NCBI GenBank assembly: GCA_039799905.1 | Contig: JBDLRP010000020.1 | Span: forward strand, 12,200 to 76,199 | Reading direction: 5' to 3' | From: Pseudomonadota bacterium | Lineage (GTDB): Bacteria > Bdellovibrionota_B > Oligoflexia > Silvanigrellales > Silvanigrellaceae | Length of the DNA stretch: 64,000 bases | Shown: positions 47,401 to 58,900 of the stretch, one piece after another | How the letters are laid out: every line of letters starts with the position of its first letter | Numbering within the stretch: the first letter of the stretch is position 1 | Program-made: the position numbers and the translations under genes | Notes under the pieces: generated by a model | Seen by the model: the letters and a program-made list of their open reading frames with translations, nothing else | Told to the model about the DNA's origin: nothing | The model's database searches: none

Positions 47401-49968
47401 TCAGCGTCCAAAATGAGAGACTGCAATTGAAACAACGTCATTGAGCACTCCAGCTGCCGTCACCTCGGCACCCGCTCCCGGACCTGTGACGACCAACGGA
47501 TTGGAGCTGTACCGACGGGTACGGAAGACAATTTGATTGTCGGTTCCGCGCAATCCGCCGAGCGGCGACGATTGCGCAACCATTTCAAGCCCCACCGAGA
47601 GGCGATCTTTTTCAATGCGTGCAACAAACCTTGGCACAGCTGAATTTTTTCGCCCCTCTTCAACCATATCGGCAATTTCATCATCCATCGCGCGCAGCCG
47701 GTTGACGAAGACGTCGGGATTTGGATCGTATAAGTCGCTTTTGTAGAGCGGAGATATCGCAATATCTGTGAGTTCGGCTTCGCGTCCGATCGTACGCGCC
47801 AGAATCAGCGCCTTGCGTGCCACATCGAGGCCGGACAGATCATCAGCCGGATGTGGCTCGGTGTAACCCAGACGCCGGGCCTCCCCGACCGCCGTTGAGA
47901 AGCGCACACCCGCGGTGAGCTGGGTAGAAATGTAGCCGAGCGTACCCGACAAGCAGCCGAGCACACTTTCAATGGCATCACCGGCTGACTGCAGTTTTGC
48001 AATCGTGTCCAGCACGGGCAAACCCGCACCGACGGTTGCCTCATGCCGCACGGTGACCCCTTTGGCGGCCGCCAGTGAGAGCATTTGCCGGTACTGCTGC
48101 ATGCCGACCGTAAGGGGCTTTTTGTTGGCGAGCACCACGTGGAAACCCTGTTCAATAAATTCCATCAGAGTGGCCCACGTGTCGTCGGCCGTCACATCGA
48201 CAACAACACCCTTGGCCACCGCATGTGTGAACAAACCGCGCCGCAGCGATTGAATCGCCGAGTCGCCTTTTGGATTGACAAACTTAAGTCCCGCCTCCTT
48301 GTCGCGCAAAAGTGCATTGAGGTCGGTGTCGGTAAAACCCTCGGCATTGATGATTGCCGCCGAGCGATCCACCACAGCCAAGCAACCGGCACTCATTCCC
48401 AGTTGTGATGCGAGATAAGCCTTTTGGCTCATCACCTGCTTCAAGAATGTGCGGCCAATCTGACCGCATCCAAGCATGACGAGATCGATGTGTTTTTCGA
48501 TCCGTTCAGGCAGCGGACGCAATTTCTCCAAACGGAACTCGACATGCAATTCATTGAGCGCGGCCTTGACGTCGGCATCCAAAATGACAAGTGATATGTT
48601 CAATTCCGACGAGCCTTGCGCAATTGCAAGGATGTTGATTCTTTTGCGCGAAAGGGCGCTGAAAACACGTGAGGCAATGCCCGGGGTGCCCTTCATTCCC
48701 AGACCAACGACAGCCAAAACGGCAATGTTGGCAACGCTTTTGATATCATCCACAAGGCGCGCAGAACGCTCGAATTCAAAAGCCTCATTGAGAACGCGTT
48801 GCGCTGTTGCGGCCTGTTCAGAGGGAACCACAAAACAAATACTCGATTCACTCGAAGCCTGAGTGATGACCGACACAGAAATTCCATGCGCGGCAAGCGT
48901 ATTGAAAGTTTTGCCGGCAATCCCCGGCACTCCGAGCATTCCGTTGCCTGCCACCGTCAACATCGCCTGTGCAGACATTGCCGTCATGGCCTTTACCGGA
49001 AAATCGCCGGCGGGCGCAGCCGACGTCACGCGTGTTCCGGCGAATTCGGGTGATTTGCTGTTTTTGATTGTCAGCGGAATTTCATCGTCAAGTAGGGGGA
49101 TAATGCTGCGCGGATGTAGAACCTTCGCACCATAGTAGGCCAGCTCCGTGGCTTCGCGGTAGTTGAGTTCGGGCACAACCCTTGCATCCGCCACAAAGCG
49201 CGGATCAGCAGTAAGAAAGCCGTCAACTTCCTTGTAGAGTGTCACATGTCGCGCACGCAGCAAGCCAGCGATCAAAGTGGCAGAGAAATCGGAACCGCCG
49301 CGGCCGAGCGTCATCAGCTCACCCTCAGGACCAGTGGCAATGTACCCCGGAACTACCACAATCTTCTTTTTGGCCAGCGCCGGAATTATCTTCTCCGCCA
49401 TCGCGGAACGACACTTCTCGACGTGCGGAACGAGAGTTGAAAAGCGATTGCTGACAAACAGAATCTCGGTTGCGTCGACAAGTTCGGCCAATTGCAAACG
49501 TTCAGTAAAAGCATACGAAAAAATCAGCGCCGACATACGCTCGCCGCGCGCAACCGCAACATCGATGGTGCGGGTGGTCAGCTCGCGCAGAACTGTGAGG
49601 CTCGTGCAAATCGAGCGCAACTCTTCAAAGGATTTTTTCAGCTCGGCCAGTGCTACATTCTTGCGCCGTTCGTCCGTTATCAGCGCATGCGCAAGTTCCT
49701 CATGACGGCGAAAAAAAGAATCTGCGGCAACTTCCGCCGCAGCAGTTTCACCTTTAGCAGCATGCCTGACAGCACTGTGCAGCAGGTCGGTAATTCCGGC
49801 CATGGCGGAGACAACCACAACAACAGGAACAGACGTCTCGGCAACAATTGCCATCGCGCGCCGGACTGCCTCAGCAGAGCCCACCGATGTTCCGCCGAAC
49901 TTGAAAACTTCACATTCAAACTGCGTATTCAAAGACGATTCTGTTGTTTCCATTGCAACGTCCGCCAT
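47401..49968 (-). CDS. thrA: Bifunctional aspartokinase/homoserine dehydrogenase
   Basis: KFGGTSVG, LGRGGSD, ACT domains, GCGQIG, EATVGAGLP, GPGAGAEVTA. Confidence 0.96.
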   Translation of the reverse strand: MADVAMETTESSLNTQFECEVFKFGGTSVGSAEAVRRAMAIVAETSVPVVVVVSAMAGITDLLHSAVRHAAKGETAAAEVAADSFFRRHEELAHALITDERRKNVALAELKKSFEELRSICTSLTVLRELTTRTIDVAVARGERMSALIFSYAFTERLQLAELVDATEILFVSNRFSTLVPHVEKCRSAMAEKIIPALAKKKIVVVPGYIATGPEGELMTLGRGGSDFSATLIAGLLRARHVTLYKEVDGFLTADPRFVADARVVPELNYREATELAYYGAKVLHPRSIIPLLDDEIPLTIKNSKSPEFAGTRVTSAAPAGDFPVKAMTAMSAQAMLTVAGNGMLGVPGIAGKTFNTLAAHGISVSVITQASSESSICFVVPSEQAATAQRVLNEAFEFERSARLVDDIKSVANIAVLAVVGLGMKGTPGIASRVFSALSRKRINILAIAQGSSELNISLVILDADVKAALNELHVEFRLEKLRPLPERIEKHIDLVMLGCGQIGRTFLKQVMSQKAYLASQLGMSAGCLAVVDRSAAIINAEGFTDTDLNALLRDKEAGLKFVNPKGDSAIQSLRRGLFTHAVAKGVVVDVTADDTWATLMEFIEQGFHVVLANKKPLTVGMQQYRQMLSLAAAKGVTVRHEATVGAGLPVLDTIAKLQSAGDAIESVLGCLSGTLGYISTQLTAGVRFSTAVGEARRLGYTEPHPADDLSGLDVARKALILARTIGREAELTDIAISPLYKSDLYDPNPDVFVNRLRAMDDEIADMVEEGRKNSAVPRFVARIEKDRLSVGLEMVAQSSPLGGLRGTDNQIVFRTRRYSSNPLVVTGPGAGAEVTAAGVLNDVVSIAVSHFGR

Positions 49969-50122
49969 CCATCATTCCGCTCACGATTTGCCCGAACAAC
50001 CTCGTTGCAAATCAGGGAGAAGGATATATGCAAACGCCAAAGTCTCAACACGCGGCGACGTTGACGCATAATCTTACGACCGCGTTTGCTAGCATTAAAA
50101 TGCTGTTCAAAAAGGAGACAAT

Positions 50123-50722
50123 ATGAAAATACTTCTCGCACTCCCTGTTCTGATTTTTGCAAACGGCTGCAGCGTAAAAGAGTCGTCAGACAGTAGCGCC
50201 GGCAGTTCAACTACAGTTCTTGAAGGCACATGGTCGACCGGTTGCGTCTCCGCGGATGGCCCATCATCAAAAAGAGTTATCACTGTAAAAGGAAACACGA
50301 TAAGCCAGACCTTCAATGGTTTTTCCGATGCCTCATGTGCAAGCGACCTTGTTCAAGCTAGGCAAGAGGCAACATTCACTTTGGGTGCTGCCGCAACTGC
50401 TCCGGCGGGTGCAGCCAAGATCGACATCGCGAATAGTAAGGAATTTTTAACCCCAAAATCCGATGTCTATGTCAATTCTCTAAATACAAGTCCGGGTTTT
50501 GGAAACTACGGAAAATCCGACTGGGCATTGAATGTTGAAGTCGAAATCACCGGAAAAAAAGACGATGGTTCAGCCGAACCCGAAACAACTGAATTCAATA
50601 TTTACTCAGTTTCGGGGACGACTCTTTGCCTTGGGAAAACAAGTGACACAAATGACGGCAAATCAGACGCAAAACGACCAACGACGCTTGCAACCGGAGT
50701 AGAGTGTCTGACAAAACAATAA
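50123..50722 (+). CDS. Hypothetical lipoprotein
   Basis: FANGC lipobox, LEGTWSTGC; AGGAG RBS. Confidence 0.75.
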   Translation: MKILLALPVLIFANGCSVKESSDSSAGSSTTVLEGTWSTGCVSADGPSSKRVITVKGNTISQTFNGFSDASCASDLVQARQEATFTLGAAATAPAGAAKIDIANSKEFLTPKSDVYVNSLNTSPGFGNYGKSDWALNVEVEITGKKDDGSAEPETTEFNIYSVSGTTLCLGKTSDTNDGKSDAKRPTTLATGVECLTKQ

Positions 50723-50821
50723 AGACAAAAAGCCATACTGACCAACTCGATTTTGAGCATTCAAAGACGCGATACCACCCTCATTATAAAATCCTAATTT
50801 ATTTATCATAATCGGCATTAC

Positions 50822-50849
50822 TAAAGAAAAATGAAATTTATTCCGATCC
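50822..50849 (+). promoter_or_regulatory. Possible sigma28 promoter
   Basis: TAAAG-N15-TCCGATCC upstream of the 50892 gene. Confidence 0.5.
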
Positions 50850-50891
50850 GGTGTCTGCTGCTGCGATAAAATTCATTTTTGGGAGGTCACC

Positions 50892-51893
50892 TTGGTAAAG
50901 TCTACCTTGGTCCTGATGCAAATCGCTTTGCTTGCTGCCAGTTGTTCCAATTCGAACTACGTCGGCGATGCCAACAAAAAAACTGGCATCGGGAGCTCTC
51001 GTCCATCGGGAGAAGATGCAAAATCAAAGAGCGGTGATTCAAGACAATCACGCAAGGAAAGTTTTACGTTGTCACCCACAGCTGGAAAAGTCGACATCGT
51101 CTGGATTGTCGATCAATCCGGTTCAATGTTAGAGGAAACTGATCACGTCCAAAAAAATTTGAAGGAGTTCTTTTCACGCATCGATGCGGCAAGCGATGCA
51201 CGGCTTGCGCTGATTGCAGCCAAACGTGGAATGCTCGGTCTGGACCTGGAAAGCATTGGAATATCATCCGAAAAAGTTAAACAAATCGATTACGAGGTGC
51301 AGAGTAACGACGCCCTGGAAATCGCTGTTGCAGCATTCAGCCGTCAGGATGTCACGACGATGGGCAACAGTGCGTTCGAAATTCAAGGAAGCTTGGAGGG
51401 ATTCTTCAGACCATCGGTCAAGCCGGTCATTGTTGTCGTTACGGATGATGATGCGTATGGGGTTGATTCAAACAACTTCATGGAGCAGATTTCCGACCCT
51501 CAAAAGGCTCTGGGCTTCAAACCCGTGGTCTTTGCATTTGCCGGCTTGAAAGAATCGACTTTCGTCGACAGTGAAAGCACAGGGATTTGCGAAGTTTCTT
51601 CGATAGGCAGGTCATACATTGAACTAGCAAAACAATCCGAGCCAAACGGCGCCGTGTTTGATATTTGTGAAAAGGATTGGACAAAGAACTTTCAGCAATT
51701 GAGTGCAGGTGTACTTGCTACGGCCGAAAACTCGCTGAAGTTGAAAAATGCCACTGAAAAAATATTACAGGTCACTCTCAACGGGCAAAAACTCGATGCG
51801 TCGAAATACACATTTGCCAACGGCTTGGTCTCGATTCATCCATCCGCATTAGTGAGCGGTCAGGAAAACAAGATCGAAATTGAGTATTTATGA
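50892..51893 (+). CDS. von Willebrand factor A (MIDAS) domain lipoprotein
   Basis: LAASC lipobox; DIVWIVDQSGSM, VVVTDDD, FDICEKDW. Confidence 0.82.
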   Translation: MVKSTLVLMQIALLAASCSNSNYVGDANKKTGIGSSRPSGEDAKSKSGDSRQSRKESFTLSPTAGKVDIVWIVDQSGSMLEETDHVQKNLKEFFSRIDAASDARLALIAAKRGMLGLDLESIGISSEKVKQIDYEVQSNDALEIAVAAFSRQDVTTMGNSAFEIQGSLEGFFRPSVKPVIVVVTDDDAYGVDSNNFMEQISDPQKALGFKPVVFAFAGLKESTFVDSESTGICEVSSIGRSYIELAKQSEPNGAVFDICEKDWTKNFQQLSAGVLATAENSLKLKNATEKILQVTLNGQKLDASKYTFANGLVSIHPSALVSGQENKIEIEYL

Positions 51894-52052
51894 AAAATAG
51901 AGAATCTCATCATGTAGACTGAACGAGTCGGAAAAGTTTTTTTCCAAACAAGCGGCGCCCGTTGAGTTTGGATTTGTCTTCATCCCAGCTGGTGCTCTCG
52001 AAGCAATTCTGTAAGCGTTTCGCCGGGTGAAGCGTCACATCCGATGTACGTG

Positions 52053-52616
52053 CTATTTGTCGAGAGCCAAGCCAATTTTCAGTTCAAGTAGACCACCGGA
52101 ACCAAAATACTTGAGCCCTCCATTATCGTGAAAACCGCCCCATCCTCCATTGACCGAAAGCCAATCGCACCCAATTATCAAACCCGATGAGAAGTGCCAT
52201 TCATTTCCGATCGCCAAGTAGACTCCAAGACCACTTTGTTTTGATTTTTCCCAATTATAGCTCACACCGTATCCAAGACCCATCTGAGTATGAAAACTAT
52301 TTCCAAGGTACCAACGTTTGAACAATCCGAAAAAGTGTGATGTCGCGAGAATTGAATGAACTTGCATATTGAAACCGTATGCTTCGTTGTCACTCCCGTA
52401 TTTTCCAATTTCAAAACCAAGGCTTTCAAAGGTTTCGGATCCCTTAATCCCCAAAAAATAACTACGTTGATTTCTCAACTGTTCGGAGGTCGAATAAGAG
52501 GATTTATCATTGGCAGCTGCATATCCCTGCGGAATCAACAATCCAGTCAGAATAAGTGTTTTGGTTATTTTCCGACGTTCTGAGCTGATGCTAACAGATA
52601 AGCAATTACCTTTCAT
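52053..52616 (-). CDS. Hypothetical exported protein, possible small beta-barrel
   Basis: Alternating aromatic/Gly strands (GNSFHTQMGLGY, AIGNEWHF, ELKIGLAL); AT-rich. Confidence 0.55.
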   Translation of the reverse strand: MKGNCLSVSISSERRKITKTLILTGLLIPQGYAAANDKSSYSTSEQLRNQRSYFLGIKGSETFESLGFEIGKYGSDNEAYGFNMQVHSILATSHFFGLFKRWYLGNSFHTQMGLGYGVSYNWEKSKQSGLGVYLAIGNEWHFSSGLIIGCDWLSVNGGWGGFHDNGGLKYFGSGGLLELKIGLALDK

Positions 52617-52773
52617 AACATTGATCACCTTTTCGCGAAGCAGACGAGGTTCTAAAAACTCTAGCTTGACATTATGAAAAAGGGAAACCCCATCAATAGA
52701 TTGATCGTCGTGTTTCTTTAAAAGCAAGGCATCCACAAATGAATGAAGCTTCCAACTTGAACCTTCAGAAATC

Positions 52774-53604
52774 TCAATTGACGTCGTGTCTGTAGAGCGA
52801 ACGGACAATGCCAATCACCCGATCGGACTCGCCGCTGCCAAAGGGTATCGCTTCGAAATCATTGTTCTCAGGAACCAGCAGTGCAGGTGGAAGAGTGTCG
52901 AACGAGATTTTGGTGTTTCCCATCAGCCGTTCGTGCGCATGACGGTAGAGCTGTGAACCACGCATGGCGAAGCGTTTGACCGTGACTTCGTGATCGCCCA
53001 CGGCGGCAACGACAATGTCACCGTTGCGCGCACTGGCTGCAGACTCGATCAACAAATAATCACCGGGCAGGAAGCCGACGTTCATCATGCTGTAGCCTTC
53101 AACCGTCACTGCAAAAAGTGCGCTGCCGACAGACTTGCGCTGCACGTTCAGAAACGGAACCGTTGCAGTGGCGTGCTCGATGGCTTCATGTGGCGCGCCG
53201 GCCTGTACGAGTCCGACGACCGGAACAAACAGGCAGGCGTTCATATCTGATTCAGGTAAAGTGCGTGTGGCGTAGGACGCCGCTTGAAGAGGGCGCGGAA
53301 GATCGCCGCGGGATTTTGTTAACACTGGACTGCGGAATGCCAATGGTGATGCAGGTTGTCCGCCCTGTGATGCCCACCACGTGAGTGCCTCTTGAGTGGG
53401 GACAAGCTGACGCGACTTTCCCGGCACCGGAGCCTGAAGAAAACCTTTTTTGCGCAGCACATTGACGACATCCTGCGCGCTGCCGACTGCCTTCCATTCG
53501 AAATGAGCGGCAATCTCGCGCAACGTTGGCGGCATGCCCGTTTTATCGAGACATTCCAAAATATAGGCGACCACCTTGCCTTGCAGGTCCGTGAGCTGTA
53601 CCAT
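52774..53604 (-). CDS. lexA: LexA repressor
   Basis: LTDLQ..PPTLREIA winged HTH; VQAG cleavage site, VEGYSM (Ser), VTVKR (Lys). Confidence 0.92.
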   Translation of the reverse strand: MVQLTDLQGKVVAYILECLDKTGMPPTLREIAAHFEWKAVGSAQDVVNVLRKKGFLQAPVPGKSRQLVPTQEALTWWASQGGQPASPLAFRSPVLTKSRGDLPRPLQAASYATRTLPESDMNACLFVPVVGLVQAGAPHEAIEHATATVPFLNVQRKSVGSALFAVTVEGYSMMNVGFLPGDYLLIESAASARNGDIVVAAVGDHEVTVKRFAMRGSQLYRHAHERLMGNTKISFDTLPPALLVPENNDFEAIPFGSGESDRVIGIVRSLYRHDVN

Positions 53605-53695
53605 ACATCTGTACCCCATACAAAGAAGAGTCTTCGGGCTCTTCCAGAACATTCGGGTGTAAAGCAACCAACCGATTTCCTAAGGGAAGTGGTAC

Positions 53696-54352
53696 ATGAT
53701 TCCAGAAAAGAACACAAGTCCCGAGATCTTAAAGACTGGCACCACCCTGCCAGCCGGAGAGCGGAACTCGACATCTGTCGGGTCTGCGAATGGATCATCC
53801 GGCCGATTTCTGTTCGGTTCACCCACCCTGCAGACGTCTCCCATCCGCCGGACACCTGCAGGGCTGATACTGCTCAAAAGTACACCTCTTGCCCGCTGTG
53901 CTCCGCTGTTCGGACGCCTGTCGCATTCGCTCAACCTGAAGCCATACGCGCACACCCTCGATCTCCTGCGCCGCCACCAGAACACCCTGCGCCGTCGCGA
54001 GCGCGATCCGCAACTGCAACTGAGCATCGCATGGCTGTCGCTCTCCGGTGGGAGTGTTGAATTCAACAGGCGCGCACTGGAGTCATTTGAACTTTCGCTA
54101 ACACACACGCTCTTTCTTGAAACAGAGCAGGCCCAGCAGAGCGTTGAAGCCCTCTGCGCGGAAACCCATTTCGATGCCATTGTTGCCGAAGTGCAGGTCA
54201 CAGCTGTTATTCTCAAGCGCGCACAACGCTGGCTCAAACCCGCAGCGCACGATCCGCTCAAACCTGAATCAGCCAATCTGCTGGAAACACATCCGCGCGA
54301 ACGGTTGTTTATTTTGATTGACGAAGCTGCCGGAGGAGGTGCGAAAAAATGA
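53696..54352 (+). CDS. Highly diverged ImuA-like protein
   Basis: First gene of the operon ending in dnaE2; IAWL...AL...L.L...LFLE...FDAIV pattern; no Walker A. Confidence 0.55.
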   Translation: MIPEKNTSPEILKTGTTLPAGERNSTSVGSANGSSGRFLFGSPTLQTSPIRRTPAGLILLKSTPLARCAPLFGRLSHSLNLKPYAHTLDLLRRHQNTLRRRERDPQLQLSIAWLSLSGGSVEFNRRALESFELSLTHTLFLETEQAQQSVEALCAETHFDAIVAEVQVTAVILKRAQRWLKPAAHDPLKPESANLLETHPRERLFILIDEAAGGGAKK

Positions 54353-55959
54353 AATTCCACCGCTCTCCGCTCGGCGGGTTGCCGTCGGCGTTCGAACAAC
54401 GCCGGCTCAAGCCACACTCCCGCTCGCGCATTCCCGTCAAACACTCCCCCGACCAACATCTGTGGGGATACATCTTTCTGTCCAATCTCGATTCAGATTC
54501 GCTTTTCGCGGCGCGCACGCTGGCTCAGGCGTTGTCGGAGCACGTCCTCCGTCCCCACCTCACACTGCTGCTCGTCTCCCTCCAACACACCCTCCGGTAC
54601 TTCGGGTCATGGGATACCTTGGCCCGTGTCTATCATGCTCAGGTTCAGCACCTGACACCGGCGGCGCGTCCGCGACTCCTTCTCACACATCACCTTTTTG
54701 CAGGACTGCACTTCGGTGCAACACACCCGCAGCTCGAATTCGCCATTGCCAACGAAAACAATCTGCAATTCCGCCAGCACCTCAGTCAGCTCAACTGGCC
54801 GCAGTGGAAAGAAGCATGTCTGTTGTTTGCCAGTCTGCTGCAGCTCAAAAGCAGCGAGCAAAGCGAGCTCATCCGCAGCGTGCGGCAATTCGCCGATGCT
54901 GCACTCAGCATGCGTTTCACAAGCCCGCTGCATTTTCCGGACGATCTCAGTCATGACGACATCTCACGCCGCTTTGGCCCATGGGCAGTGATTTTTTGGG
55001 AGATGTGGCGGCGCCCCGAAGTGTCGCTCGGCACCGTGTTCAAAGATCTTCCGCAGGATTTATGCGCGCAGGATTTTCTCACTAGCAACTTCGATACACC
55101 CGAATTCTCGGCCGAACCAAGCTATCCGCTCGCGCAGCTGATGCCGATGCTCGAAGCCTGCCTGCGCAAGCTTCTGTTCAGGCTCGGCGAGTTTTCCAGC
55201 TTGGAGCAACACTTTGGCATCCGTGATTTTCGCGTCACACTCGAACTGGAAAACAATCTCAAGGTTCAGCACACCTGCCTGCTCAACGAACCGATTGTTG
55301 AGTTCAACAAAACCACTGCACTCATCCTGCAGAACGTCGCAGCCAAACTTCCGAACAAAGGGCAGGAGTTCCAACACCCGTCTGAACCGTCTTTTTATTT
55401 CAAGGCTTTTCAAATCTATAGGCTGACGATTGAACCTCTGCGCCTGACTCCGTGCCTCATCGCCACAGATAACAACTTACACCAGCAGCGCGCACCCGTT
55501 CGCTTTGAAAAAGTCATCCAGACACTGGAGCTCAAGCAAGCCGGCGAAGCTTATCAGGTTCCCTTGCAGGCGAGTTTCTCGACCGATGCAAAACCGCCAA
55601 AGGACGATGCCGATCTGCTCTCTTCAGCTGAAGAACTCAATCTGCTGGCAAACAGACGCTCTGCTTCCGCAGCGCCGGTGTCGCTCTTCCGCTATGCCGT
55701 TCAAGAACGCCCGCTGCATCTGGTGAAGGAACACATCTCTTTTTGTTTGAAGGATGTCTTTCCACGCACAGAAAATTCGGCACATCACTTGGAATATCTG
55801 GAAACGCTCGGTGAAGAGGACCTCTACGCGCTGCATCATCCACCCGCACCCGCATTACTCATAGGCTGCCGCAGCGGCGCGCTTGCGCATGAAGCCGCAT
55901 TTGTTCTCAAAGGAGTTTTTGAACCGGCCGGCGCCCCGCTGCAGGAGCGCTTCTTTTGA
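54349..55959 (+). CDS. Highly diverged ImuB-like (inactive Y-family polymerase) protein
   Basis: ATGA-coupled, directly before dnaE2; ISRRFG, LRKLLFRL...FRVTLELE, and C-terminal ERPLHL. Confidence 0.6.
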   Translation: MKFHRSPLGGLPSAFEQRRLKPHSRSRIPVKHSPDQHLWGYIFLSNLDSDSLFAARTLAQALSEHVLRPHLTLLLVSLQHTLRYFGSWDTLARVYHAQVQHLTPAARPRLLLTHHLFAGLHFGATHPQLEFAIANENNLQFRQHLSQLNWPQWKEACLLFASLLQLKSSEQSELIRSVRQFADAALSMRFTSPLHFPDDLSHDDISRRFGPWAVIFWEMWRRPEVSLGTVFKDLPQDLCAQDFLTSNFDTPEFSAEPSYPLAQLMPMLEACLRKLLFRLGEFSSLEQHFGIRDFRVTLELENNLKVQHTCLLNEPIVEFNKTTALILQNVAAKLPNKGQEFQHPSEPSFYFKAFQIYRLTIEPLRLTPCLIATDNNLHQQRAPVRFEKVIQTLELKQAGEAYQVPLQASFSTDAKPPKDDADLLSSAEELNLLANRRSASAAPVSLFRYAVQERPLHLVKEHISFCLKDVFPRTENSAHHLEYLETLGEEDLYALHHPPAPALLIGCRSGALAHEAAFVLKGVFEPAGAPLQERFF

Positions 55960-55985
55960 TGACGCTGCGCGGAGTTTAAAAGGCC

Positions 55986-58900
55986 ATGTACGCATGGTTG
56001 TCGCATTCGAACTATTCTTTTCTGCAGGGAGCCTCCTACCCGCACGAGCTTGTCACGGCAGCGTGCGAGAACGGCTGGTGGGGCATGGGTGTCTGCGACT
56101 TCGACGGTGTTTACGGAATCGTTCAGGCGCACCTGAGCAGCAAAAACAATCCGCATCCGCTGAATATTTTCTATGGTGCCGAATTACTTGTCCAGTGCGA
56201 CATTCCCGTGCCGCTGCGCGAGGATCCGCAATCTCAGGCGATCTGGAATCAGCCGCAGCAACAGGCTCCGGTTTTTCTGCAAAACAGGGTCGCCATTTTC
56301 GCCACCAGCAAAAGTGGCTATGCAGGACTCTGCCGGCTGCTCACATACGCGCACCGCAACGGAAAAATCGCCACACCGCTTGATCTGGCTGATGCCGAAA
56401 TCCCGTGGCCGGATGACGTTGTCCTGATTTGGCCGATGCGTGGTGTACAACAGCTGTTCGCACCACGGCAAACGAATTTTTTTTCGCAATGGTCTGCCTC
56501 TGTCCGCACTCTTGCCGAACGCTATCGCGACAGATTTTTTCTGGCGCTCACACCGCCGAGCACACCCTTTGAACGGCAAGCATTTGCCAATCACCTGCAT
56601 TGTCACAGGCACTACGGCATTCAGCTCGTCGCCACTCCGGATGTGTTTTTTCACACGCCCGAACGCAAGGAGCTGCACGATGTTCTGACAGCCATCCGTC
56701 TCAACCGGCCGATGTCGGAACTCGACTGGGCGTGCTTTGCCAATGCGCACCGCTGTATGCCGACTGCTCAGACATTTGGTCTGGAATTTCCGCGTGTGCC
56801 CGAGATCACCGACGCGCTTGCCAACAACCGCGCACTTGCGGGATTCTTTCAGTTTTCACTGAGTGAGCTGAAATATCAGTATCCGTCGAAGTTCATTCCT
56901 GCCGGCCACAGTGCAGAAAGCTTTCTCGACCAGCTTGTCAGGCAGGCGCTTGCCGGCCGCTACAATGGCAATCCGCCGCGGCGGATGCTCGAACTCGTAG
57001 AAAAAGAATTGCTGCTTGTGCGTGATCTGAAATTTGCCGACTACTTTCTCACCGTCTGGGATATCGTCCGCTTTGCGCGCGAACAAAATATTCTTTGTCA
57101 GGGCCGCGGCTCGTCGGCCAATTCAGCAATTTGCTTTTTGCTCGGCATCACAGCCGTCGACCCTATGGTCTCGGATGTCCTGTTTGAGCGCTTCATCAGC
57201 CGCGAGCGCGGAGAACCGCCCGACATCGATGTCGATTTTGAACACGAGCGGCGTGAGGAAGTCATACAATATATTTATTCCCATTACGGCCGCACGCACG
57301 CCGCCATGGTGGCCAACGTCATCACCTTCCGCAGCCGCGGCGCCACCCGCTTTGTCGGCAAGGCGCTTGGTCTTTCGGATGATCAGCTCGGCGAAGAACA
57401 GCCGCCGGAATTCACCGCCCGTTGGCAGAGGTTGATTGCAGAAATCAAAGGATTCCCGCGTCATCTTGGAATCCATTCCGGCGGCTTTGTCATCAGCCAC
57501 GAACCGCTGCATATGCTCAGTCCTGTGGAACCCGCCACCATGGCCGGCCGCAGCGTGGTGCAGTGGTGCAAAGACGACATCGAGGCACTCGGACTTTTTA
57601 AAATCGACGTTCTTGCCTTGGGAATGCTCACCGCATTGCGCAAGACCTTTGCAGAACTCGCGCGCCACCGTGTCTGTGTGAGCGGTACGCTCATCCCCAT
57701 CCGCCTCGACACCATTCCGTCCGAATGCTCAAAAACCTACGACATGATCTGCGAAGCACGCACAACCGGAGTCTTTCAAATTGAAAGCCGTGCACAAATG
57801 TCGATGCTGCCGAAGGTACGACCACGCACTTTTTACGACATTGTCATTCAGGTCGGCATTGTCCGCCCCGGACCAATTGTCTCGGGAATCGTACCCACAT
57901 ATGTGCGTCGCAAGCGCGGACTCGAAAAGGTCAGTTACTCGCACCCCAGCCTCAAACAAATTCTTCACCGCACACTCGGAGTTCCGGTTTTTCAGGAACA
58001 GGTCATGCGCATCGCCATGGCGGTGGGAAATTTTTCCGGCGGCGAAGCCGATGAACTGCGCCGTGCGATGGGTGCATGGCGCTTTACCGGACGCATTTCT
58101 CAGTTTGAAGAAAAGCTCCGTTCCGGAATGCGACAAAACGGCATTCCAGAAGATTTTGCCGATCTCATTTACAAACAGGTGGAAGGGTTTTCGCAATACG
58201 GATTTCCGGAATCACACGCCACCAGCTTTGCCCATCTGGCCTATGCGTCCTGCTGGCTCAAGGCACATCATCCCATCTATTTTCTGGCCGGCTTGCTCAA
58301 CTCGCAGCCGCTCGGGTTTTACAGCCCGCACAGCCTCATTCAAGAAGCACGTCACTCTGGCTTGAGCATTCACCCGCCGTGTGTGCTGCGCTCCGGCTGG
58401 GATCACTATGTCACCCGCCAAGGGAGTCTGCAGCTGGGCCTGCGATTCCTGCGCGGTATCAGCGAAGAGCGCGCACGCGACTTTGTTGCTCAGCGGCAGG
58501 ACCTTCTGCGCACACGCAAAGCCCATTCAGCGAACACACCACATGCCCCCGTCAACACTGCAAAGGCTGCACAGCTGCTCAACCTGCATGAGATCATCGC
58601 CCTGTGTGACGCCTTCTATGCACATGAAAAGATAATTCTCGCACAGGCCAATTGCTTCGAATTGTTTGACTCCAACCGGCGCAACATTCTTTGGCTGCTG
58701 ATGGCAAGACCGTCGGCGCTGATGCCCGACGTGGAACATATTTTATTTCCAGAAAAGCCCACCCTGCATGAGGCGTGGGACAACATGCAGGATGACTTCG
58801 CCAGCAGCGAAAGCACATTTGGCCCCCACCCCATGCTGCTCTTGCGCAACATCGGCTGGCCGTATGCTTTTCCTGCCGAAAACCTCACACCCGCCATCGC

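Noticed and set aside
49969..50122. Thr/Ile attenuator leader upstream of thrA
   Set aside because: No Thr-rich leader peptide or terminator hairpin found.
52617..52814. N-terminal extension of the 52053 ORF overlapping lexA
   Set aside because: ATG 52616 precedes the signal-like segment; the extension is probably non-coding.
53392..54459. Long alternative ORFs (222 aa +, 259 aa -) over lexA and the imuA-like gene
   Set aside because: They overlap better-supported genes and have no recognisable motifs.
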